36,480 nucleotides of DNA from a virus, in IMG/VR virus record IMGVR_UViG_3300045591_000151, positions 1 through 36,480 of that record, one strand, 5' to 3'. The notes below the pieces were generated by a model. The model searched no databases. It was not told the DNA's origin and worked only from the letters and a program-made list of their open reading frames with translations. Each line of letters opens with the position of its first letter. The stretch's first letter is position 1. A program made the position numbers and the translations under genes. This document shows, in pieces, positions 1 through 8,577 of the stretch.

Positions 1-127
1 TTCGCAGAACCGCCCCACAACGCAAGCTGGCCAGTAGCATTCGCATAAAAATAATCACACCAATATGACGATGTGCTACCTCCACTTGTTTTTGCCAGGA
101 TGTCAAAGTATTCTCCAAGAACCCAGG
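1..127. repeat. Terminal direct repeat, copy 1. It is identical to 36354..36480, which indicates the overlap of a circular assembly (unique genome 36,353 bp).
   Basis: Base-by-base comparison shows 1..127 equals 36354..36480. Joining the ends restores one uninterrupted reading frame across the junction. Confidence 0.9.
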
Positions 128-1172
128 CTTTTGGATAGAAAGGTGAAACAGGTCTTACTATCTGCCTGTAATTTCCTTCTGGGTGAGTAGCAAGTTCAGT
201 GGAAGAAGGCAACCGGTTCCCTTCATAAATAAACACTTCACTTCCATCCTGACCATCATTATTTGAAGAGCCGAAATAGAGGCCTTGAAGCATGCACCAA
301 TACCAGCACCAGGCATCCTCAATGCCAAATAGATTTACCCTGCTGGCATTTTGGGTAGTAAGAGTCTTATTGTCGCTGGTAGTCTTTGTCAGAGTAATGT
401 CTATCTTACCACATGCATCTCCTAAAGATTTAGTAGCACCAGTTTGCAATTTGGCGGCTTCTGAAAATATATCCAAGCCAGTACCGCTTCCACCTGTACC
501 ATAGCCAATATTAACCTGGCAGTTAGGATTCCCGAATTTCATTAGATTGAGCATAATCATCAACCTCTGATGATCATAATTTATCAAACCGAAATTCACG
601 CCATTAACCTGTGCAGCATTCCAGTATGCAGTAATTGTCTTTGAAGCTGTAACATTCACACCGCTTCTGGATGTCAGTGCTGAACCATTCATGTAACCCA
701 TATATGCACCGAAACAGCTCTCTGGGATGAAGTGGCCAGCAATCGGAATCTGGCTCATCCAGAGATATGTAAGACCGCTTTCTGCATCAGTCTGAACAAG
801 ATAATAGAGCTTTGGAGCATAGAACATCACATGTCCCTGAGTTTCATCGAGAGCCGTACCATCAGCGAAAATGGAGCTATCAGAGGCAGAAAGCTTTGCA
901 GCCTTGCCATCATTGGTCAGGAAGATCCGGCCAACATGGGAAAGATACTCATCCCTAAGCACGGTGTTTCCAACCACACCCCATGCTGGAGATGATGATT
1001 TTTCAAGAGGCACACCCCATGCCACCTGTTGCAATAACTGATTCTGGCCCCTATTGATTGAGGCCTGGAGATCTTCAAGCTTGATTCGCCTGACAGATCC
1101 ACCTACTTCAACAAATACGCAGTTGGATTGCAGTATGGATGCAACCAGATCTGCTTCACCTAAATTTTTCAT
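1..1172 (-). CDS. DGR target (variable) protein, N-terminal part, likely a receptor-binding tail fibre protein. The ORF is open to the window edge and continues at 36353..36215, 436 codons in total.
   Basis: ATG at 1172..1170, 12 nt after the stop of the upstream fibre-like gene. I translated the - strand by hand from 1172 to 1 and found no stop. It reads ...SYWCDYFYANATGQLALWGGSA at the edge and joins in frame to the VR-containing end. It is absent from the ORF track because it has no stop inside this end of the window. Confidence 0.9.
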   Translation of the reverse strand, partial: MKNLGEADLVASILQSNCVFVEVGGSVRRIKLEDLQASINRGQNQLLQQVAWGVPLEKSSSPAWGVVGNTVLRDEYLSHVGRIFLTNDGKAAKLSASDSSIFADGTALDETQGHVMFYAPKLYYLVQTDAESGLTYLWMSQIPIAGHFIPESCFGAYMGYMNGSALTSRSGVNVTASKTITAYWNAAQVNGVNFGLINYDHQRLMIMLNLMKFGNPNCQVNIGYGTGGSGTGLDIFSEAAKLQTGATKSLGDACGKIDITLTKTTSDNKTLTTQNASRVNLFGIEDAWCWYWCMLQGLYFGSSNNDGQDGSEVFIYEGNRLPSSTELATHPEGNYRQIVRPVSPFYPKAWVLGEYFDILAKTSGGSTSSYWCDYFYANATGQLALWGGSA

Positions 1173-1184
1173 GATATTATATTA

Positions 1185-2219
1185 TTATGTTAGAGATTCA
1201 AATGTTACCTGGATTAGAACTTCCAGATCATGGTATGAACCATCATCCTGATCTGTGTATTCCGTACCCACAGATATGCTACTTTCAGTACCGGATGCCA
1301 GGAGCTTCCAGGTATCGCCATCCATAACCTGCCAACTGTATGATGGATTGGATGGAGTAAGAGCTGCACCTGTAGAGGCTTTGACAATCCTGCAAGCTAC
1401 TGTTACCGGCTTTCCGGTATCAATCTCTTTGTTGCTTGATGATATATACGGAACAACAATAATCTCATCCAGGGAGTCAATTATTGAAATGCCAGCCCTA
1501 AAAACATAGTTGGTATCTGTAGATTTAAGGTAGAACTCAGCAATGAACAGCTGGCTGCCATCTATGTCAGATCTGTCTACATCTATGCTTGACTGACCTG
1601 CATTGGCAGTCATTTCCGTTGTGCCTTTATACCATTTGACATAATAATTAGACACCTGAGATGCAGCCAACCACAATTCTGTAGCAAGAGTAACAGAATC
1701 AACATTCGAGTTAAGCTGCATAGTAGATGCATTGATAAAGCCATAGTATGATGATGCACCTGCCTGCTGAATCTGTATGTCAATAGATTTGGTCAGATTG
1801 TATTCATACCCAGCAACAGTAGCTACACAGCTAAAAGATAGAGTATCATTTGCAGTATTAGTCGCACTGGCCAGATCACTGATGATCTTCAAAGCACCAG
1901 TAGATGCATCCATCGCAAATTTGCCTGTGCTGTCAGCCGTAAAGCCTGCTGAATCTGTTGATCCTGTAAAGTGAAGAGCATTGCCATTGTATGACCAGGC
2001 AAAGCCACTTAATGATACTGCATTATTTCGAGTGCTGCCAACATTAGGCGTAATCACTGGCTGATTGGAGGCAGACTTCCAAGATGGCCTTACCTCTCCA
2101 GTCTTAGAATCGACAGCCTGGGAAAGCGGCTTGCCGTTCAATTCAAGGGTGAGATAAAGAGTGTCACCGTTTCGCAGCCTTTTAATAGAAATGCTGCCTT
2201 GTGCGCTATAATTGCTCAT
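1185..2219 (-). CDS. Tail fibre or virion surface protein, possibly with Ig-like repeats.
   Basis: 344-aa ORF, Ser/Thr/Asn-rich and beta-type in composition, in the distal tail module directly upstream of the DGR target gene. Confidence 0.45.
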   Translation of the reverse strand: MSNYSAQGSISIKRLRNGDTLYLTLELNGKPLSQAVDSKTGEVRPSWKSASNQPVITPNVGSTRNNAVSLSGFAWSYNGNALHFTGSTDSAGFTADSTGKFAMDASTGALKIISDLASATNTANDTLSFSCVATVAGYEYNLTKSIDIQIQQAGASSYYGFINASTMQLNSNVDSVTLATELWLAASQVSNYYVKWYKGTTEMTANAGQSSIDVDRSDIDGSQLFIAEFYLKSTDTNYVFRAGISIIDSLDEIIVVPYISSSNKEIDTGKPVTVACRIVKASTGAALTPSNPSYSWQVMDGDTWKLLASGTESSISVGTEYTDQDDGSYHDLEVLIQVTFESLT

Positions 2220-2436
2220 AACTATTCAATATTTTGAAAATTTCAGCCTGGGAATATACTTTACCTAGCAGCTTGCTCGCTTTCTGATAAAGATTGATAG
2301 CCTTATCTTTATATAGAGCATGACATGCTCTCACTTCCTTTTCATTCAGGATAACCTTATCACCAACGAATCTATGCCCAAGCAGTTTAATGCCATACAT
2401 GGCTGCCTGCTTCTTATCTGCTAAAATGTATCTCAT
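2206..2436 (-). CDS. Hypothetical small protein in the tail module.
   Basis: 76-aa ORF packed tightly between two tail-module genes. No motif recognised. Confidence 0.4.
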   Translation of the reverse strand: MRYILADKKQAAMYGIKLLGHRFVGDKVILNEKEVRACHALYKDKAINLYQKASKLLGKVYSQAEIFKILNSYEQL

Positions 2437-2437
2437 T

Positions 2438-3643
2438 CTAATTGAAAATTAAAGTTTCGCCATTCTCATCAACCAAAGTATCACCATTTTCATCACATGC
2501 TATCTGATGAGGCTCTTTCTGTAATGCTGTTGTATATACATCAAGCCAATCATCTGTATAGGTATCGCCAACACCTGTAGATGAAAGCTCAAAAAGAGTC
2601 TCGGCACCCTCATTATGCTGCTTTTCTTTTATAGTTGAAGAATCTGTGTACCAGACAATCTTTATTATTGACTCTGGGACATCCACTATCACACCATTGG
2701 AGTTCACCTGAGCTACATCATATCTCATAGTCTGAGATGGCAAAATGCCCGTGCCATTTGTTGGGGTACATGTGAATGGCTGGTAATCTCTTTCAACAGA
2801 GAATTGAATCCTTGCTACTTCTGAATCTTCAATAAATGCCTTGATCATGTAGTTAGCCTTTGCAATTAGCCTCAGATCCAGAGTTGTAGTATAGTAAGAG
2901 CCATTGTCCACGAAATCCATGGAGATCTCATTGAAGGTGGTAGCATTAGCAACCTCGAAGCACTTCACAGTATAATCTGATGTGCTTAGAAGTGAGCCTC
3001 CTTTATAGACTCTGATACTTACTGGTTTCAGATAGCTGTGAATGTCAGCTGCTGCTGCTGATCTGGCTGATGCAGAGGCTGTAATGAGGCCATGTGCGAC
3101 CTTATACTCATAACGGAACAGGGGATCCAGGAATGGATTATAATAAATTGTCTTCTCGCTGTCTAGAGACATGCTGCAAGAATCACCTGATTTGTCAACA
3201 GTTGAAAGCACGATGGGATCTGTGGCCACAGGAATGGTAACTCCAAGCCTGTTATCAACAAGCTCAGCCTTGAACTGCATTGAGATCCTTTCTGTTGGAA
3301 GCAGATTCCTGGTTATTTCCAAGCAGCCACGTTCAGCACCATCCGTATAGATTGTATACTTCCCTGTCCAATCGCTGAGAGTCGAGATGTCCACACCATT
3401 GGCATACCAGTGCATATTTGCCAATAGCGAATTGCAGTGAGGATCTGGCCAGCTGCCATCATTAGCATTAGCTGTAACCACCGGCTTCAATACAGTAGGG
3501 CTGAGAGTCCTATCAGGCTCAAAAGAAGATTCAGCAGCATTGTACACCTGTGTTACTGGGCTGAAATTAGTTGCACAGGCAAGCGAGGCTGATACTGTCA
3601 GTGGAGCGAAATCCTTTCTTATTCTCAATCTTCCTGTTTCCAT
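2438..3643 (-). CDS. Tail-module structural protein, hypothetical.
   Basis: 401-aa ORF with end-to-end packing with its neighbours (1-2 nt gaps). Confidence 0.45.
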   Translation of the reverse strand: METGRLRIRKDFAPLTVSASLACATNFSPVTQVYNAAESSFEPDRTLSPTVLKPVVTANANDGSWPDPHCNSLLANMHWYANGVDISTLSDWTGKYTIYTDGAERGCLEITRNLLPTERISMQFKAELVDNRLGVTIPVATDPIVLSTVDKSGDSCSMSLDSEKTIYYNPFLDPLFRYEYKVAHGLITASASARSAAAADIHSYLKPVSIRVYKGGSLLSTSDYTVKCFEVANATTFNEISMDFVDNGSYYTTTLDLRLIAKANYMIKAFIEDSEVARIQFSVERDYQPFTCTPTNGTGILPSQTMRYDVAQVNSNGVIVDVPESIIKIVWYTDSSTIKEKQHNEGAETLFELSSTGVGDTYTDDWLDVYTTALQKEPHQIACDENGDTLVDENGETLIFN

Positions 3644-3644
3644 A

Positions 3645-3932
3645 TCACCAGCAGATTAAATACAGCAAAATCATCAACTGGGCAATCACAGCACCCATTG
3701 TTCCGTAAATCGTTGCATAAGTTGATTCTGCTGGTTTGTCTTGCCTGGCAAGATGAAGTGAAATAAGCCATGCCGCAATCATCCCGAAAATGAATGCGAA
3801 AAAAGCAAGATTCTTAAATATTGCTGCGATCTCAGTAATGATGGCTGTTACTATTGCATAGCCCAGCTTTCCTGTAAATGTTCTGCCCAGCCAATCGGCT
3901 GCTTTAACAATTATTTCTTTTATTTTTTTCAT
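3645..3932 (-). CDS. Small integral membrane protein.
   Basis: 95 aa with about three hydrophobic helices (AIVTAIITEIAAIF, FFAFIFGMIAAWLISL, GAVIAQLMILLYLICW). It is embedded in the tail module. Confidence 0.5.
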   Translation of the reverse strand: MKKIKEIIVKAADWLGRTFTGKLGYAIVTAIITEIAAIFKNLAFFAFIFGMIAAWLISLHLARQDKPAESTYATIYGTMGAVIAQLMILLYLICW

Positions 3933-3936
3933 ATCA

Positions 3937-6360
3937 TTAAATAACTATTGTCGTTTCAGCTTCAGATTCTTTGGTACTGGCCACTATTGTGAACAGCGTA
4001 CTGACATTGGTTGCCAATGTCCCCAGGTCATTTTCTTCAGCAGTAAAGGAGATGTCTATTTCTCCGGAAAAATTCTTCACCTTATCCTTGAGCAACCAAG
4101 CTGCATCATCGGTGGCATCACCGGAATCTCTCTTGATGCTCCAAGTCACCACCTGATCAGTAATGTCCTCATAATAGCCTTTCCAGAGCCTGCATTTGAG
4201 ATGAAGTGTTTCGCCAAAGGCCAGGAAATTGTCACCTTCATGATCGATCTCAAGCCTCAGCTCCGCTTCTTCAAACTGCTGGATGGTGCCAGACATGTAG
4301 ATGTTATGTAGATAGCCACCATAACCTGTCATGGCAAGTCCATAGTCAGAAAGATTAGACAGATTGCCGAATTGAGCGGCTATCATTTCCTTGGTAAATT
4401 CCCAGTCATTAACGCCTTTCAGGAATCTAAGATAAGTTCTAGTAGCATAATAGCTAACCTGTCTTTCCTCATTAGTAAAGTTGCCATAGCATACGAAAGT
4501 CATCGCCTCACATGGGTGAAAACTGTGCTGCCAACTGTCTGACTGTGGCCTGAGTTCATATCTGAATTTTGAACATTTGGAATCAAGAATCTCTGTAATC
4601 CTGAAGTAAGTAGTGAAGAATCCGGAAAATTTGAAATTTCCCTTGCTATCATCGAAATCTTCAGCAGAATTATTGTCCAAGGTCATTCCATCATGGAAAA
4701 TGCCCTCACAGATGTCATCCTCTGCCACTGTGCCAAATTCACCATCTTCCAGGTGCAAAGTTATGATGCCTGTCATCAGCTGATCTCCAGCAGCATCAGT
4801 ATCAATAGATACGCTTTCAATAACACCACCACCAGAAGCATTCCATCTATTCCCTATAAGTACCGAAACACGATTATATCTCAATTCTGGCACTTCAAGA
4901 AAATGCCTGATACTCAATTGATCCAATTCAGCAGCACCATTACCATCGATATAACCGCCTTTCCCCAGTAGGCCTTTGACAAATTCGCCAAATTTTGCGC
5001 CTTTCTCAAAAGTTATGGTGCCATGTGCCGTATCATCAACATCTTTCCTGAGATAACTATTATCAGCATCTTCCTTAGTCTGTAGAGCCTTGCCATCATA
5101 AGTCAGAGAGCCTTCAGATTCGCCAAGCTTATCAAGGGTTGACTTATTTTCGTGCGAATGAGCATCCAGCCAAGTAACACTCTTTTTAAGCCAACTTGTT
5201 ATCGATGCCAGGGATGCCTTACTCCAGGTATGAGTATATGGAGATTGAACCAGGAAGAGGATGTCATCTGACAGCTCAGCATCTGCAAAATCATTAAGCC
5301 TGGCCGTCAAAAAAAAAATCTCACCACTTGGTGAAGGCACTTCAAGAGTAATAGCCGGTGATGCGCCTCTTTGTATTCTAAGCAAGCCGCCATCTTTAGC
5401 GAGCTGGAATTTGAATGTGCAGGCTGTGAGATTCTGCCTGTCTGAGAGATTGACAGATGAACTATCAATGATGATCCTCTCAGCATAGCCATCCATAATT
5501 ACCCAGGCTCTCTCAGCGGCCAATAGCTCCCAAAGCCATCTGGAGCAAGTAAGGCCCTGATAGCCTGTATTCTGCTGCCAGGAATTGACAGGATCAACAG
5601 TAATATTAAGTTTCTCGCCATCCTTTTCAGCAGCCTTATATGAAACATTCGGTGCCTGTGACATATCTCCATGGAAGCAGAATGTATCTATGCCACCTAG
5701 GGAATTAGCAGCCAAATAATAATGCTCATCACCCATTGTCGGCACACAGATTAACCGCTGTGTATAGGAGCTTCCAGCTGACAGATCTACAATTCCATAT
5801 ATATTGGATGCTGACAATCCAGAAAGGCTCAGCAGCCTGCTGAATGAGACATTAAAGGTGGTCAAGCCACTTCCACTGCCTACAGTAACGCTCTTTGTCG
5901 TACCATCCTTAAGATAGAATTTGGCTGTTACGCTGCCTGAGCTAGAGAAATAATATGTAAGATATTCTGGAGAATCGAAAGTCACCTGCTTGGTCTGTGG
6001 CTGCCAAGTAAGCCAGTTTGATGACAGAAATGATGAAGCAGAAGATAATTTACGCACTCCACCCTTTATTACCTTGAATGTAGAGACAATTGAATCATCC
6101 ACATAAGCAGTAAACTCTCCAACAGCATTGCTCTGCTGAAAGGAGTTTCCAGAAGGAAGATTAAGATAGAGTTCCTGAGCAACCACATCCCTGACATCAA
6201 CTTCGATCTTGCCATCTGCATCTGGTGAATAGGATTCCTCTATCAGCACATTGCCTCCCTTCATGAGTTTGAATACTATATCTTCAGAGCTGTCAATAAT
6301 GAAGCTCTGCATATTCCTCAAGAAATTTATTGAGGCAGGTTTTTGTGAAACTGAAGCCAT
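3937..6360 (-). CDS. Large distal tail or baseplate-hub-like structural protein.
   Basis: 807-aa ORF, second gene after the tape measure. It contains a T10 run on the coding strand (5309..5318). Confidence 0.5.
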   Translation of the reverse strand: MASVSQKPASINFLRNMQSFIIDSSEDIVFKLMKGGNVLIEESYSPDADGKIEVDVRDVVAQELYLNLPSGNSFQQSNAVGEFTAYVDDSIVSTFKVIKGGVRKLSSASSFLSSNWLTWQPQTKQVTFDSPEYLTYYFSSSGSVTAKFYLKDGTTKSVTVGSGSGLTTFNVSFSRLLSLSGLSASNIYGIVDLSAGSSYTQRLICVPTMGDEHYYLAANSLGGIDTFCFHGDMSQAPNVSYKAAEKDGEKLNITVDPVNSWQQNTGYQGLTCSRWLWELLAAERAWVIMDGYAERIIIDSSSVNLSDRQNLTACTFKFQLAKDGGLLRIQRGASPAITLEVPSPSGEIFFLTARLNDFADAELSDDILFLVQSPYTHTWSKASLASITSWLKKSVTWLDAHSHENKSTLDKLGESEGSLTYDGKALQTKEDADNSYLRKDVDDTAHGTITFEKGAKFGEFVKGLLGKGGYIDGNGAAELDQLSIRHFLEVPELRYNRVSVLIGNRWNASGGGVIESVSIDTDAAGDQLMTGIITLHLEDGEFGTVAEDDICEGIFHDGMTLDNNSAEDFDDSKGNFKFSGFFTTYFRITEILDSKCSKFRYELRPQSDSWQHSFHPCEAMTFVCYGNFTNEERQVSYYATRTYLRFLKGVNDWEFTKEMIAAQFGNLSNLSDYGLAMTGYGGYLHNIYMSGTIQQFEEAELRLEIDHEGDNFLAFGETLHLKCRLWKGYYEDITDQVVTWSIKRDSGDATDDAAWLLKDKVKNFSGEIDISFTAEENDLGTLATNVSTLFTIVASTKESEAETTIVI

Positions 6361-6402
6361 AATTATTTCTCGTACAAAAATATTATCCTTGACATATAAT
6401 AT

Positions 6403-8577
6403 TTAGGACACGGCAACCGATTCAAGCCAGATGTAAAGAGTATCTGTCTCGACCACCTTGAAATTTGCAGTCTGATTATGGTTAGTAAGATATGAATAGC
6501 CGAAATCAACAGTTCTTTCAATCATTGCAGACTTCTGGCCAAGAGCAGTAGGAGCTGCCATGAAGAAATTCTTCTTGCCTGCTGAATAGTCATCATTATA
6601 TTGCGCAATTATAGTTCTTTCCGAATAGGATTCCTGGATCTCTGCCTTTTTTGCTTTGATCTGACTATCATTAACCTGCCATTTATATGGAGATTCTGTA
6701 TAGGTAATTGCAGGGCTGTCATCAATACCATCCTGGAAATCTTTCACCAGGTATAACTTAGCTTCCTCACATGCCGTATGCTTGCCAACCTGGTATCTCA
6801 TTGAAACAGGCAGCAATTTTTGGCCATTGTAGATCTTAAGAGAGTACATATTCCAGTTCAGCAGATCTTTCACATTCAGATCCCATTTCCCAGACAGCTG
6901 GGTGAGATTATTAAGCAGCATCTTATTATATCTCTTGAAGAACATCTCCATCAGGGCCTCATTCGTGAGTCCAAGCTTATCTGTCCGCTCATTACCCAGA
7001 TTGTCATATTTCTGAGTGGTACCATAGAAGTAATGTCCATCAATTGTGTTGGTGCCTGAAGCAACACGTCTAAGGCCACCACGTGATCTGCCACTGGTTA
7101 CTATGCTGGACCCTGATGTCTCAGATGATCCAGATTCAGCAGCTGATGATTGACCTGCATACTCAATGATAATTATATCCTGATCCTCATCTTTAGTGCT
7201 GTCATTGTAGGTAGTATTCCGGTGTTTGCGCTCCCCGATATATGGCATCAGAATGCCATGCACAAAGACCATTGGAGGCATCAGATCAGCTGGTGAAATC
7301 TCTTCAGTTTCATCAGAATTATTCTGATCATAATCAAAGTAGTTTGAGCCAAGATATTTCCATAGACTTACCGTTTCCGTTTCTGATGAACTTGAAGATC
7401 CAGATGTCCTTCTGGCAGCAGAGGATCTTGCCTGATCAGTAAATCTTGTCTGAATCTCATAGAACCGACCAGTTGCAGAATAGAATGCCAGCCCCATGTT
7501 ATCAAGAGTTGGCGAGGCCGATACCTTGAAATCCTTGCAATAATGATATTTGTTTATAAGATCCTTCAACGTAGAAGCTGCTGGTGCTGCCCCATCGAGT
7601 TTCGTATTAGCTTTCAGAACAACTCTCTTGGACTTTGAATAAGATAAAGTAAGCTTATCGCACAATTTATGGCTGAGATTCATATCGAAATCGCCTGATA
7701 ATATATCTTCCAGTAGAACCAGGTCAACAGTCTTAGCAGCAGGATGTATAATAGCCTCCGCATGGAATTTCTTTTCAGCCCACTCCAGGATCTCACTCAC
7801 TTTTTTTGAAGGCACAAGATCCGAATAATCAATCTTGCCATTGCAGATGACATCACTGCAATTATGCAAGAGTATGATGTCTTTGAGATATTTGCTTTCC
7901 TTGAAACAATTATACGAAACAGTATAGCCACATAGTTGAAACATTGTTTCAAAGAAAATATACAGCTTGATGAAAGGTGCTATGCCATACCCATCAGGGA
8001 CATGTACCGTATCATCACCTTCTGGTACAAGCCTGGCTTCATGAAGCAATGGCAGTATATCGTCGCCTGATGTAGTGTCAGGCTCATTATTTACCTGATA
8101 AGACTCATCATCTTCATTATAGTTGACAGCTACAGGTATAATTCTGAAATCGCTTTCTTCCTCACCCTTATAAACCTTGAAAAGCCAATCATACCAGTCT
8201 GCTGGAGATGTATAAGTAGTAAGAACTTTCTGAGCAAAGAGATCCTTCAGGTTCAGATCTTTATAATTAGCATAGAAATCAGACTCTTCCAAAGCGATTG
8301 CGCATGATATGCCATTCTGAGAGACAGAATTAACAACAAGAGTCCCTTTTTTCCTGAATACTCCACCAGATAATATTGCAGGAAAGAGGTTCACGAATCT
8401 GGCATTTCTACCAGGTCTGCCTGGCTGTGATAGCTTTGCCAGATCTTCCGGTGTGGCTGGAATGGTAGCTGCAACACTGGATGTACCATTATCACTGAAG
8501 AATGAATTGTTAGTTTCTATCTCAAAAGAGAAATCTTCAGGCAATGAGAGTTCGCCTTTATCAACAATCAATTTCAT
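6403..8577 (-). CDS. Distal tail structural protein.
   Basis: 724-aa ORF that overlaps the tape measure stop by 4 nt, the usual position for a distal tail protein. It has Ser/Gly-rich linkers. Confidence 0.5.
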   Translation of the reverse strand: MKLIVDKGELSLPEDFSFEIETNNSFFSDNGTSSVAATIPATPEDLAKLSQPGRPGRNARFVNLFPAILSGGVFRKKGTLVVNSVSQNGISCAIALEESDFYANYKDLNLKDLFAQKVLTTYTSPADWYDWLFKVYKGEEESDFRIIPVAVNYNEDDESYQVNNEPDTTSGDDILPLLHEARLVPEGDDTVHVPDGYGIAPFIKLYIFFETMFQLCGYTVSYNCFKESKYLKDIILLHNCSDVICNGKIDYSDLVPSKKVSEILEWAEKKFHAEAIIHPAAKTVDLVLLEDILSGDFDMNLSHKLCDKLTLSYSKSKRVVLKANTKLDGAAPAASTLKDLINKYHYCKDFKVSASPTLDNMGLAFYSATGRFYEIQTRFTDQARSSAARRTSGSSSSSETETVSLWKYLGSNYFDYDQNNSDETEEISPADLMPPMVFVHGILMPYIGERKHRNTTYNDSTKDEDQDIIIIEYAGQSSAAESGSSETSGSSIVTSGRSRGGLRRVASGTNTIDGHYFYGTTQKYDNLGNERTDKLGLTNEALMEMFFKRYNKMLLNNLTQLSGKWDLNVKDLLNWNMYSLKIYNGQKLLPVSMRYQVGKHTACEEAKLYLVKDFQDGIDDSPAITYTESPYKWQVNDSQIKAKKAEIQESYSERTIIAQYNDDYSAGKKNFFMAAPTALGQKSAMIERTVDFGYSYLTNHNQTANFKVVETDTLYIWLESVAVS

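Noticed and set aside
1-127. The terminal repeat as a biological direct terminal repeat or att duplication.
   Set aside because: It lies inside a coding sequence and closes the frame exactly. A length of exactly 127 bp is typical of an assembler overlap. A physical short terminal repeat cannot be fully excluded without reads.
292-1251. Several 60-90-aa ORFs (292..504 +, 732..995 +, 917..1102 -, 1054..1251 +).
   Set aside because: They lie antisense to, or out of frame within, the 436-codon DGR target ORF, which I verified to be open across the whole interval.
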